From Botryllus schlosseri (taxonomy: Eukaryota): 64,000 bases of DNA. Under the pieces are notes generated by a model, which was given only the letters and a program-made list of their open reading frames with translations, was not told where the DNA came from and searched no databases. Where the stretch lies: NCBI GenBank assembly GCA_051294905.1, contig CM119377.1:992001-1056000 (forward strand). The letters run 5' to 3'. Shown in pieces: positions 37,050 through 50,000 of this stretch; the stretch's first letter is position 1, and every line of letters starts with the position of its first letter. The translations under genes and the position numbers were made by a program.

Positions 37050-37832
37050 GATTACCAGAGAACCCGTCCCTTGGAGAACCCGTCCCTACCAACTCGGCCC
37101 TCGGAGAACCCGGCTCTCGGGAAATTTTGCATATCAAGCACGCGTGGTCTACTTGTTGTGGTATCAAATCCATGGAAAGTTGCATTTATTTTTCACAAAA
37201 GTTGCAGTACAAAGTTGCATTTATTTTTCACAAAGTTGCACTAAAAAGTTGTATTTGTGGACAAGTTCCTTTGAATTACTAGGGTATAATGAGATAGATT
37301 ACCAGTGAACCCAGCCCTCGGTAAACCCAGCCTTACAAACCCAGCCCTCGGTGAACTCGGCCCTCGGGAACTTTTGTAATTAAGTGTATTAACAAGTATT
37401 ATTATGAATTATTAAACTAATAATGTTATTATCAACTGATTTTTCGATCTTGTAAGGAGGTCAGGGCATACGTAGATCACGCATTACCAGTGAAGATTAC
37501 CAGTGAACTCAGACCGCGGTGAACTCAGCCTTACAAACTCGGCCCTCGGTGAACCCGGCCCTCGGTGACTTCCGCCCTTGGGAAATTTTGTATTCAACGG
37601 CAACCCTAATATCCCACCTCCGGCAACCCTAATATCCCACTTCCGGCAACCCTAATATCCCACCTCCGGCAACCCTAATATCCCCCCTCCACCAACCCTA
37701 ATATCCCCCCTCCCCCAACCCTAATATCCCACCTCCGGCAACCGGGTTCACCGAGGGCCGGGTTCACCGAGGGCTGGGTTTACCGAGGGCTGGGTTTGTA
37801 AGGCTGGGTTTACCGAGGGCTGGGTTCACCGG
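37050..37832. repeat. Compound repeat: 16-bp gaacccagccctcggt arrays in inverted arrangement around six 23-bp units (37599-37736)
   Basis: Directly visible. The 23-bp unit is ggcaaccctaatatcccacctcc. Confidence 0.85.
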
Positions 37833-39009
37833 CAACCATGAGATATACTCGAATCAATCCGCATCCAAGGCACTGTAGCAAAACTCAGCGACTTCAAAAA
37901 AGTCAATAGCATGAAAAAATTGACCCAGTGAAAATATAATTTTCGTCAGTCTAGCCTGAAAGGTACGTCAAGCAGAAAGGACCTCAGATTTTTGCGACAG
38001 TGAAATAATCAAGCGATCTATTTATATATAGTGCCAATTATTTCCAGTAAAAAGTTCGTTGCATGAAAATTCGATATAAGAATCCTCCAAAGAGCCTAAA
38101 ACACCATGCTACATAACTTATGAGTATTTATGAAGCTGCCGGTAGCTGTAAAAAAAAAGTTGCAAAAGTTGCAAAAACTTGTCCTACTGATGAAGCATTA
38201 GTAATGTACTTTCCATATCTCATAACCCAGAGACCCAAAGTTTACGTTGGTTAGAATCGAGCTCTGAATTGAACTGGAAGGACACAGTTGCACGTTGAGT
38301 TGCCAGAAGCCCTATGACGTCGCAAATCAGTTTCGTTGCATGTTGTATGCCCTGCTCCTGCATGATTCGGCTCTTTGTGTCATTTTGTACCAGATCTAGT
38401 TGTGTTTTGCATGATTGTCAGTCGTATGTATTTGTGTGTGCCTCAAATATATCAGGCCAGCTTCGTATATAGCGTAGCTGGTAGAGAAGTAATGTGTCGT
38501 TGTAGAGCACATATCTCCCACCATAGCAAATGTGCTAGGATCATCAGTACTTGCCTCAAACCATAATACGAGCAGCCGCAATCATATATTGACAACCACA
38601 AAAAACATGAAAACACGACAACTCTATTTGTACCAAACTTCATCGACACCCAGCAGTACGCTGCTTTCACTGTGGAATTTGTGCAAGAGGTTTATGAAAA
38701 TGCTTTAGTATGTAGTGTACTTAATAAGTAAATATGTACGTTTCAAAGAATTCAAGAGTGACTTGCATATTTCGACCATGAAAAAAACAAAGTCTTGCAA
38801 ATTACTGCTCGGCAGTCACCCTATAAAGACTGGTTTTATCAGCAGAGGCTATATGCATGTACTGATTTATGCCCATTTGCCAGATGAGAGTTTTGTGGAT
38901 ATATATCCACTGTTATATATATATATTATACTACTGTGGGTGAATTAATTTATAATGTTCGTTCTAATTTTACAGGTTGTGATACATAATTTTCATTTAT
39001 AATATCAAA

Positions 39010-40215
39010 ATGGCTTTGTTTCTGTTTTTTCACAAAGATTCTGATGTCATGAAGGTCTTGACGGATTCAGTGAATGCCGAAATGCAGTCACGTTATGTGT
39101 GCAAATATTTGATCTTTGTCGATAGGGAAGCCGAGCGTGTATCTGGATATTGTGTAGCGACTGTTCCCGACCTTATCGACGGGTTGATTGAAATGAAGCG
39201 GATAATGGATGGAAAGAGTATTCTAGAAGCAATGTGCCTTCTTCCCTACCAGCATCAAACCACATTCATTTCTATCAAAGATATCATTTTTCCTCCAATA
39301 TGTAATATATCACTGGAACCTTATCTTGGTGATGCTCAAACTCATCCCTTGGAATCAATCTCATCTCATTGTGATATTTCTACAATAATAATGAACAGAC
39401 TACAAAAAATCGAAAGCTGTAGTACTGTCCAAACAATACGATCGAAGATGATTCCGACAGATTTATTCATTCATGGATATTCCAAGCGATACGGAGGGAT
39501 ATCCAACTATCCGGGAATGAAGTCGCTGAATCTTGTGTACAGTCTCAGGAAGCCAGACCCGATATTTACGGTGAAAGAAAACGCTCGAAGATTATGCCGA
39601 CATCTGGGGGTCGACCACGGGAAGTACCATCTTGCGAAAGCAAATCACGGTAACAAAATCTGGGTTTTCGAACATTCCGCGCCTGATTCTTATGATGGAA
39701 TAGTAACAAGAACCCCAGGCGTTACGGTCGCATCACCTGCAGCTGACTGTAACATGTTACTGCTAGCTGATCCTGTGAGACGAGTCTGTGGTGCCATACA
39801 TGCTGGATGGAAGGGTATTCTAGCAGGAGTAGTGCAATCTGCTGTAGAGGCGATGGTTTCAAGTTACGATTCTGATCCAAACAATATCGTAGCAAGCCTT
39901 GGGCCTTCGTTGAGTGTATGTTGCTGTGAATTTGGAAAAGACGATTCCAAGAAATTTGAAAGCATTGGAGATGACATAGTAGTTTGGTGTGAAGGGAAAG
40001 AAAAACCTCACATTGACCTTCGTTTGGCCGTTGTTACTATTCTTGAAAAATGTGACATCAAACGTGCTAACATTGATGACGGAGCTAATGGTTCCAATCC
40101 AACAAAAGAACTTTCCACTTGCACTAAATGTGATCCGAACGAAGACTTCTTTTCTTACCGTCGGGATGGACCAAAGTTTGGAAATCAAGTGGTTTTCATT
40201 TGTATTAAAGATTGA
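39010..40215 (+). CDS. LACC1: Purine nucleoside phosphorylase LACC1/FAMIN (YfiH/PgeF family), single coding exon, 401 aa
   Basis: Uninterrupted ORF with an animal-type N-terminal extension and the motifs HGYSKRYGGIS, KANHGNKIW, YDGIVT, AADC, DPVRRVCGAIHAGWKG, LGPS and FFSYRRDG. The His/Cys/His catalytic triad is intact. A splice acceptor (ttttacag) lies at about 38975 in the 5' UTR. Confidence 0.94.
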   Translation: MALFLFFHKDSDVMKVLTDSVNAEMQSRYVCKYLIFVDREAERVSGYCVATVPDLIDGLIEMKRIMDGKSILEAMCLLPYQHQTTFISIKDIIFPPICNISLEPYLGDAQTHPLESISSHCDISTIIMNRLQKIESCSTVQTIRSKMIPTDLFIHGYSKRYGGISNYPGMKSLNLVYSLRKPDPIFTVKENARRLCRHLGVDHGKYHLAKANHGNKIWVFEHSAPDSYDGIVTRTPGVTVASPAADCNMLLLADPVRRVCGAIHAGWKGILAGVVQSAVEAMVSSYDSDPNNIVASLGPSLSVCCCEFGKDDSKKFESIGDDIVVWCEGKEKPHIDLRLAVVTILEKCDIKRANIDDGANGSNPTKELSTCTKCDPNEDFFSYRRDGPKFGNQVVFICIKD

Positions 40216-40401
40216 TCTACTGTATATTAAGGAACACCATCATGAGAGTGCTCGTGAATACTGGACCTTCATCTGACATATTAATTACACCTACTTAAAC
40301 ATACCACTTCAGTTTCATTGCTAGCCCTTCTATGTTGTCTTATGCGATTTATTTCAGTGTGTGTGCACTGCAGTGTGCATACATGCTTCCATGTTCTAGG
40401 A

Positions 40402-40718
40402 CAGTGGTTCTCACAGTTTTTTTAGACACACCCGCTTTATGTTGGTGAAAAGTTTCGCGCCCCCTTATCGCGATATCACAAAATATCGAAGAGAGCAATC
40501 AAAATGCTAGCAATCCCAACGGATAGTTTGATGGCATTTAAGGTTATGGCTGTTGACGAGAGAATTCTAAAATATGAAATTAGGACAATAGACAGAGCAA
40601 CAATCATGACTTGGAGATAAATCGTGCGGAGCGCGAAAAATTGTCAGTTAACAACAGCTTCACGTCCCCTCTAGATGCTTCTACGCCTCCCAAGGCCCTC
40701 TCAGTTTCAAAACCCCTG
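40402..40718. mobile_element. hAT MITE between LACC1 and the kinase gene
   Basis: TIR CAGTGGTTCTCA / TCAAAACCCCTG; TSD TTCTAGGA/TTCTAGGC. Confidence 0.78.
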
Positions 40719-41063
40719 TTCTAGGCCAAGTTGGCTGTGTCTGAAAGACTACTTCAAGCCGTTTTGAAACCTTTCTATCTTTTTATTGTATCACAATCTT
40801 GTGGTGTTTTGAAACAATAAAAATAATAATAAAGCGAACTAGAACCAGATGCAGCTGTGCTAAAAATCGTTAGATCGAGTCTGAGATGTGCTCTTGTGCA
40901 ATGATTTTCCTATGCATGTACGGTATGGTTGATTTTGTAACATTTAAATATCGTACTGGGAACACATTTTACAGGAAAAATTTTATATTCCTAATACGTG
41001 TTTCTTGAAATTGATAATCTCGCTTAATTTTAATGCTTTAGGTTATCCTGTACCAATGATATA

Positions 41064-44000
41064 ATGAGTGAGGTGATCACAGACTCACGAGCATTAGCAT
41101 TTCAAAATGTTCAAAATAAAATCCTTGGTTTTCTGGATCAATTACTTGATGACATCGGCAAATTGCCTGAGGAAGAAAACCTCCGAGCCCAAAATATGCA
41201 ACAATCCGTCGATGGCATAAAAAAGATTGTCTTCAGTCTGGGCGAAAGATTCACTGGTGAGCTCTATCCGGGATTGCCGCCTTTACTGCGATAGGTTATG
41301 CACTGTGGTCAAGTTTTTTGTTGGAATTCTGGCGTCTGAACATCCAGGTGATTTTTGGATAAGTCCATAACAACATATTTCACAAGGAAGCAATTAAAAT
41401 GAATCAATTTGCAAATTACTTCAGTTGTATGATTTTTGTCTATTGTATGGTAATTGTAGCTCACTACCAGCAACCAACTGTTTATGTCAATTATATATAG
41501 ATGTATTTATCTTTACGATCAGTAATGTATATCTGTTTGTCACCGATTTTTTTTTCAGAGGAAGCACGGCCAATTGAATCATTTCAGAAGATTGCTTTTA
41601 GTGAACTATTCACAAAGGAAGAAGACATAAAGAAGTTAAAACCCGTTGCAAGTGGAAAATTTGGAGAGGTGGTGCATCGCACCTTTAGAGGCCAAAAGGT
41701 CGCGGTCAAGATCTTGAAATTAGGAACGGAAGATGGAAGCAGTCAAAATCTGCAGAGTTTTAAAAGTGAAATTGCGACTTTGAGGTATTAACTGTCAGAA
41801 ACCTTCCAGTCATAGGCGCAGGTATGCTAAGTAGGCTATGCCGCGTCTACCTAGTAATTTTGGGGGTATACGACATACCCATAATTCTGTTAGGATTGTA
41901 AGCGCCTAAACTAGCTGGTGAATTGTGCGGTTTAGAATTAGTCAATGTATTTCCGTGTAAAGTCTTCTGCTATGTGAGCAAATTAGCAACACATGATTGA
42001 TGTGTATTCATTTGTAAGGCAAATTGGGCAATTTTTTTCTAATTTCATATGTCGTTGCATATTGGTGACATTGCGGATTGCATCTCGCTGGTAATCTGAT
42101 GTGCTAAAAGCTAATGAATGGCATTTTTGTTTCTGTTTTGAGTTGTTATAGTATTCCCACAAAAGTATGGCTTATAGTAGCATTACATACATCATATATA
42201 CGTAAGTTCATCAACACAGTATTTAAATTTACATAGCTTAATTATCAATTTTGTTACCATTATTGCGTTACCCCTTTCTGACATCATGGAACCAGCATAC
42301 ATACGGAAAATTAGCGTCCGGCGCCTATGCTTTCAATACCGTAGTTAAAAGTCTTGTGTAGGTCCGATATCCAGGGTTGTAACCAAGTCACAGGTCAATC
42401 TCACTTTTATAGTTTTGACTCGAGTCAAGTCGAGTCATTTTAAATCCACCACTGAGTCAAGTCCAAGTCATAGTGTTGTGACTCGAGTCCAAGTCATTGT
42501 GTTCACTCTTCAGTTTTGAGTTCAATCCGGCTCAACCCACTATTTTCAACTCTTCTCGAGTGATATAGAATGGATTGCATTCATAATATATTAATTTTCC
42601 TCAGTCAATTCAATTTATTGCTAATCATTTCGTCATTTCAATGCACCACAATGTGATACAATGAAAGATAGGAATGTGCCGAAACGACTTGAAGTAGTCT
42701 TCGAAATTCGACAATTTCCAATAGCCAAGTAGCAGGATCGATAGATGAAATCTAAATTCCCAATAATGTGGTAACTTACTATTCTTCGAAGTTACAATGA
42801 AATGTCTGTCTTGGCCGCCCTAGTCTCGAGTCATATGACTTGGTTCGATTCATGCACAATGCATCGAGTACAAGTCGAGTCAATACATAAATTGACTCGA
42901 GTCGATTCAAGTCATTTCACGCATTTAAAAAAAAATGACTCGGGTCAAGTCGAGTCACCAAAAAATCGTGAGTCGATTCATGACTCGAGTCATTACAATG
43001 CTGCCAAAATCTCAATATTAAGCAAGTCCATGCCTTATTCTTGACCTGATTGCAGTGCTACTGGTTTTGTAATTCATTAATTTCAGAGTCATTACTCACG
43101 AAAACATCATCAGTTTCCGCGGTTGGGGAGAACACCAAGGATTTCATTATCTTGTAATGGAGCATCTCGACAAAACCCTTGACAAACATGTTACGGAGCA
43201 AAATGATGATGACAATATTGGACTGTCGTCTCGTATTACTTGGGCGGTTGCAAAACAAATTATGCAAGCTATGCTTTATCTGCATTCACTAGAGAATGCC
43301 ATTGTGCATGCAGATTTGAAGCCTGATAATATACTGGTGGGATTTTGAACTATTTGTAGATTTATTTCCTGATTATGTGTCATTTGAAAACCAAACATGC
43401 ATAACGCGTTTCATATATCATAGCGATGGAATCAGTATCTTAGATCTATTTTTCAAATTGATAGAAAAATCACGTTTTCATAAAATTTTCAGTTTTTTTC
43501 GGCCAATTTCTGGTCATGGGTCTAGTTTGTCACATTGTATCACAGTTAACCAAGATATGGCCAAAAAAATGAAAATTTTACATGAAGTTATTTTTCTTTA
43601 TACAATTGAATAGTTTATTCATATTGAAATGAACCCGAATATTTTCGGCTGACACTCGTCAGGGGTAATTGTCAGCAACTAGAAATGTGTAGAATGGACT
43701 TAAGCTACTTTGATGCCACTCGACGATCTATTTTGTGAATAACTCAATATCGATAAAATGCACTGTGTCTCCACTTTTCGATCAATTTGATATCAACATA
43801 TTATTTTCTGATTAAATCCCTTATCTTTAAAGCATTGCTTTGGATGTTATTCATTCTTCAACAGGTTGACACGCAGCCTATCATACCAAAGCCCAAAATC
43901 ATCGACTTTGGTCTTTCCAGGCACGACTTTCAGGATGAGCGTAAGGTACCGGTGCTGTTATGACTCAATTTAAGCCTTTAGATTACATGTTTTCATTTTA

Positions 44001-47000
44001 TTCTGTGGTTCTTGGTTATTTCGTGCCCAAGCATAACACTGACTGTAAAACTGTTCCAAGGATGTTCTTAAGTTTTAGAAATGATCCTTAAGCTTAAACA
44101 TATCTTTCCGGCTATGACCCTTGCATTCATGCTTCATTGACGTGGTTTCAAAAAGTTCCAAGGACTGATGAAGAAAGAATAGTTTAGTAACGAAATCATT
44201 GGAACTGTATTACCTAATCTCATAATAACTTTTGCTTAAATCTGAGATAATGAAATTGAAATAGATTGAAGAATTAGACGAATTCATCGTTACAGGGCCA
44301 CATTAAATATCTTCCAAAACAAGACGAAGTCGATGAGGTGAAGAGTATGGACGATCTGATGAAACTAGACGTGTACGCTTTTGGTTTGGTCGTACTTTTC
44401 ATGAGAACAGGAAAATATCCTTTCGGTGATCGGCAGACGGGAGATATGAACGGTGAGGTTGTCAGTGTCCAGAAGCGGCCAGTAACAAATTTCTGCTTTT
44501 TGAAGTAATCGCAATGTTTCTCCTACTTACACCACTTGATAAAGTGGTTCTGTTTTTAGACTGCTTTTTCTTCTACTGGATTGAAAGATTTTTAGGCAAA
44601 ATTACTTGGTTTTTACGCAGTGGATGATGTTGAGTCGGAAGTGTTTTTGGGATAGGTTCCTATCACTTTGATAAATCTCAGGGTTGTAACCGAGTCTCAA
44701 TGTTGCGAGTCACAAGTCAATCTCACTTTTATAGTTTTGACTTGAGTCAAGTCGAGTCATTTTCAATTTGCCACCGAGTCAAGTCCGAGTGCAAGTCAGC
44801 TAGTAGAGGGTTGAGTCGGAGTCATAGGCCCGTATTCAAGAAACCTTACTCAGTGCTCAAACTCATTTTGTGTCAACATTGCGTAAGAATCGGTATTCAC
44901 AAAGCGAAGCGAGAGAACGAGTTTGAGCTCGGCTGGAGTCGAACTTAGCGCTCTTTCGAGTTGTACTTTTGTGGTTATGGTATTCAATAACGAGTTGAGG
45001 TTGGAGTCGATCTCGAGATGCGGCGTTTAATCAAGCGTTTTCCGAGTCAAGCCATGGGCAGACTGAAGGCCTTACTCATTCACTTTTTTACGGTTTGGCC
45101 GTGAATATATTGTGAAAATAGCGCTGTGAGCATGTTTGGTGCCTGAATTCACAATTTCAACTGTAATATATAGCAATGTTATCGGAAGGAAATCATGTTC
45201 TAGCGCCATATGACTTCATCGTTGGCTGCATAGGCTATTTCCAGGCATTTTTCATCAGAAGGGCTTCCAATGGATTCGCAAACGCGGTTAATTCCTCACA
45301 ACGCTCTGTTTTATCATTTAAATATATAACGAAGCATCAGGATATGTAGAAACGAATGTAGGGTGAATGTTACTGAAAAACCACACACAAGCTGTTGTAC
45401 AATAGCGATCTTCCAACCCTAACAAGAATCAAATCCGCGGCGATGCGGGCAGACAAATGCAATACACAATGGTAGATGACCTGGCGCTTTATGAATATAC
45501 GCAATGTTAGATCATCACAATACCGTTAATAAAACCGTCCGTCCCCGTGTATGGCGCAAATATCAACAACGCGGTGCCACTACCCATCGTCATAATCCAA
45601 TAAATAACTTGGGCTTATGCCTGAAGACTTCAGGATGAAGTCTGATGTTTCATTATTTGAAAATATTTGCTTTGGCTACTACAGTATGTCAAATAGTCCT
45701 TAAATTGACCGCAACTTGAGTGATCACTAGGGCCATTTTTATATGACCTTAAAAAATCAATAATATGACTTTATTTTTTGGAAAATATGACTTCATATGA
45801 CTTTATGCAAAAATCGTGTATTTTTACATGCGAACAACGTCACTCACGGAACTAAAGAGTAAAACATACGCAACATAACAGTAGGCCTAATACACATCAA
45901 TTTTTATTTTAAACAACTGTTGTAGTACAGTTTCATGTAGTGTGGAATGTTAAAGTCTTTGAAGTTGGACGTAAAATGACTTTGGTAAGGAAAATGAGCG
46001 CTCCGCAGACGCTGATGTGGGTTGACACTTCTGCAGTTTTGCATAAAGCGCTGGTGAAATGGGTTGTCTTTGTAGCTCCACAATTGGTTTCACAATACCA
46101 TTTGAGTCTTAAAGTAATTTTTGAGCTCAAGCGGATCTTTTCTGATATCAAGGGCATTCAGATCATCATTGGCCTTTTTGATGGTGCACGAACAACTTTC
46201 GATTTTAAATATTAAGTTTGAAATGTTGTTATAGTGTAGGCATATTTCTGTTAACTGACTAGTCAACTTTGGATCGTTGATTGAAGTTTTGACGCTCTTT
46301 ACAATAACTCATTCACCTTTCTATGCATTGACTATTTCTTTCACTTGTGGAAGTCTTTCGACATAATATTGAGCAGCTTTCAACCAGCTACTCTAACGAG
46401 TAACTACCGTAAACCGGGGTAACTTTGGACAATTTTCAACGATTCCGTTCTGTATCTTGGAAATGCTAGGGTGTAAGGGAGGCAAGTTTTGTGTTTTTCA
46501 TGGGTCATGGAGCAAAGATTAGAATTACCTAATCCAAAATCTTCATGGTCATAAATAAGTACCTTATTTTCATAAATGATCCGTGTCCAAAGTCACCCAG
46601 GGCTGCATGTGGGGTAACTTTGGACAATGTAGTTTTTTGTATGCCTTTACACTCTATTGTTTATGAAACCTCGTAAGGTAAGAGTTGATGAGAGCAGTGG
46701 CTAAAACTGAAACAAAATAGTTCATGTCTGGCCTATTGCATGATTTTTACCTAATCCACCCCACCCCACCCCCCAAAAAATAGGTAGTTTATGAAGGGTA
46801 ATGCCCCCTTATTCATCCCTTATCTCAATTTTCCCTCATGGCTTCACCAATTGGGACTTATAAATAACATATGGTGATGAGGGGTATCCCACTGGCAGTG
46901 TCAGCAATCGACAGCAAACATTAAGCATGTTACCGTGATTTATTGCCGATTTCAAATATGTTACTGTTCTTTAAAAGATACACTTTCCCTTTCTTATGTC

Positions 47001-50000
47001 CTCTGATGGATATATTTGTCATAATTTACGATATCCCATATTCAGCAGGCACATCTTTAGCAGTATGTGATAAGTTTTTGAAGTAGCTTACGCCCGATTA
47101 CAATCTCTCAGCTCATTGCCTACCCATTTTTCATATTTTGGCAAACTCTTAATTTGTTAACCTTTTCATTCCATTTTAAAAAGCCATCAGACCGGTCATA
47201 AGGACTATAGTTGACGATACCAGGGATATCTAGAAACTTTCTAGATATCCCTGGACGATACACTTTGACACAGATGAAGCAGCCACTTTCCAGAGCTCTA
47301 AATATCACATTTTCTACTGTCCAAAGTTACCCCGTTCTGATAAAATTTGACGGGGCAACTTTGGACATCACATTTTCTTGTATTGATCTAAAGGTGAGCC
47401 CACTGAGATTTTTGCCATGGATTAAGACTACTTAGAGGTATCTGCTGCCAACTTTTTAATCTATGAATCACATGCTATCTATGTTTGGTTGTAAGAAGTT
47501 TAATGCCCATCAAATTTGATGAAATTGACCCCCGCCATCAATTTATCAATGTTGGGTCAAGTTCAACTGGTAGTGAAATGAATCCATCTTTTATTGAGAC
47601 TACTTGTGGTACTCTTGCCTCATGAAAAAGAATTGGACATCCAGCGGCAACCCTTTTCCATCAATAACCATTTAAATCTTTTACTGCTTAGTGTCCAAAG
47701 TTACCCTTAAGTCCAAAGTTACCCCGGTTTACGGTACCTTAGTTTCTTAGTCCTTATTGCTTCACCGCCTAAATTGTTAATTTTTGTTTGAAGTATACAG
47801 CAATACGACTTATAACTAAAAAATATGACTATAAAACTTAAAAAGCTGATTTATGATCTAACCAGGAAAATATGACTTATAACTTTCTTAATATACCTCA
47901 TAGGGAGGCGGTTTTAGCGTTAAAATTGATTTCACGACTTACCGATGCATAGAAAAAAATATGACTTTAAATGGCCCTAGTCATCACAACCCTGCTTGTG
48001 ACTTGGTCCCAGTCCTGGTCATTTGTGATTTTGCATTTGCCACAAAGATGCACCATGCAAGTTCGAAAGTAGTAACTTTACTTTGACCATCTCTGGTCGA
48101 TATAATTTAACCATAGTTACCACTATGTTTATACAAAACAATCACTGTCAGATTACAAGCTGAGTTCACCAATGATAAAGGAAGACGGAAAATATTTTGT
48201 ACGAAAAGTCCAGCTGCCACCTGATCTGCCTGCAACTGTTCTCGGAGATCTCGTCAAGAAATGTTGCTTGGTATTTCGGGTTGTAATACTCATTCATTCT
48301 CGCATATGTTCCATTGTACAAAATACCTGCAGAAAAAAGACCAACGTCCGACTTTCCGAGAAATCAGAGACAAGTTTTTCGCGGAAAAGTTTGAGAACCC
48401 GTTTAATTTATCGGAAAAGGGTGAATTTTTCGAATGCGGATTTCTGAAGGACACTCAGATTTTTGTCGCTGATTCTGTTGTGAAAGATTCAGAGGTGAGG
48501 ACAAGATGAATTTCTGATTTTCTGAGATGTTTTATCTGAAATGTGTGATTATTGGTATATACCAGTAGTTCCCAACATGGGCGATATCGCGCTCCAGTGG
48601 ACGATTTTGAGAGACAAGGGGGCGAAAATACCAAAGGGAGTGACTGGGGGGGGGGGGGGCAAAATGTTAGAACGTCCACTGAGATATATTTAATTAACAC
48701 GGCCAAAATATGCATGTGAAGACGGCTTATTCTGCATATGACGCCAAAAAACAAGTTCAACTCAACGTAAAATAGACACGGGAACTTGTTTTTTGATCAC
48801 CTATTCGGAAAATAGAACCTATGTTTAAGCAGGGTTGTAATGACTCGACTTGAGTCGCGTTTTTTTTATAGTGATTCGACTCGAATATATTTCTGTATTG
48901 ACTCGACTTGTACTCAAGTCATTGTTAATGACTCGAACCAAGTCATATGACTCTAGACTAGGACGGCCGTGACAGATATTTCATTGTAACTTCGAAGAAT
49001 AGTAAAGTTACCACATTTTTACAACATTTCGTCTGTCAGGGACCCTACTCGGTGGTGAATTGAAAATGACTCGACTTTACTTGAGTCAAAACTATAAAAG
49101 TGAGATTGACTTGTGACTCGGAACCCTGTGACTTGGTTACAACTCGGTGTTTTAGTCAATTCACCAACGAGTTATATAACTATTTATATGTCCTCTTGTG
49201 CGGATCCATAAATTTGGGGGCGAACATATGTGTCTAACTTGATAAAAGGGCGTTGAGTCGAAAAAGGTTGGGAACCACTGGTATATACCAAGATTTTTTT
49301 CTGCCTGTGCAATACGTTAGTACTGACCTATGATCTGCAATCTACTTGTAGGAACATCATTTTTCGCCTCATTTTATATTTGGCAGGAAGAAGCTTATCT
49401 ACCTTCTGAAAAGCCTCCCGGTTATAAAAGGTTTGGTTTGGTTTTCTTATTGTCTTTATTAACCAAATTTAGTTGTTGATGGAAGTGAACCATGTGTTAT
49501 TTCGTAAATTAGAATACAAGCCCTGAGATGAGGGGAGACAAATTTATAATTTGATAAATGTGTGTCATATTAAACAACAAGTTCAGTTTATTTCATCCAA
49601 TCCAGTACACCACGAGATTGCGATAAAGTGACCAGATAGGAAGGTCATAAAACGTCTTGAAATCAGACAGCCACCTTGACCTAGGCGATGTAAACAAGAG
49701 ACATGCACGCTTGTACACTGAATGTTCAAAGAGTAATACGTAGATATAACTTATGTTTTGGTCGCTGCCTTGCTTAAATGGCAGTTTGTTATTATTTATA
49801 GTTAACGAGCAACAAAGCGACTAAACTTCAACAAATGACTATCAAGATACAAGGGGAAAATCTCCACAGAGAGGGCACTATTGAGCTGTACGGCTCACAA
49901 TCACTTGACCATTTTTCTTGTTAACATAGAAGACAACATAAAAGGACAAGCGACAAAAATAGGTGGCATGTGATGGAAGACGAGGTCGATATATCAAATC

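Noticed and set aside
33610-37740. CRISPR-like arrays (82-bp and 23-bp periodicities)
   Set aside because: No unique spacers, eukaryotic context and no cas genes.
17014-40215. Horizontal transfer from bacteria as the cause of intronless GBA2 and LACC1
   Set aside because: Both have animal-type N-terminal regions and align colinearly with the human proteins as recalled. Retroposition or intron loss is simpler.
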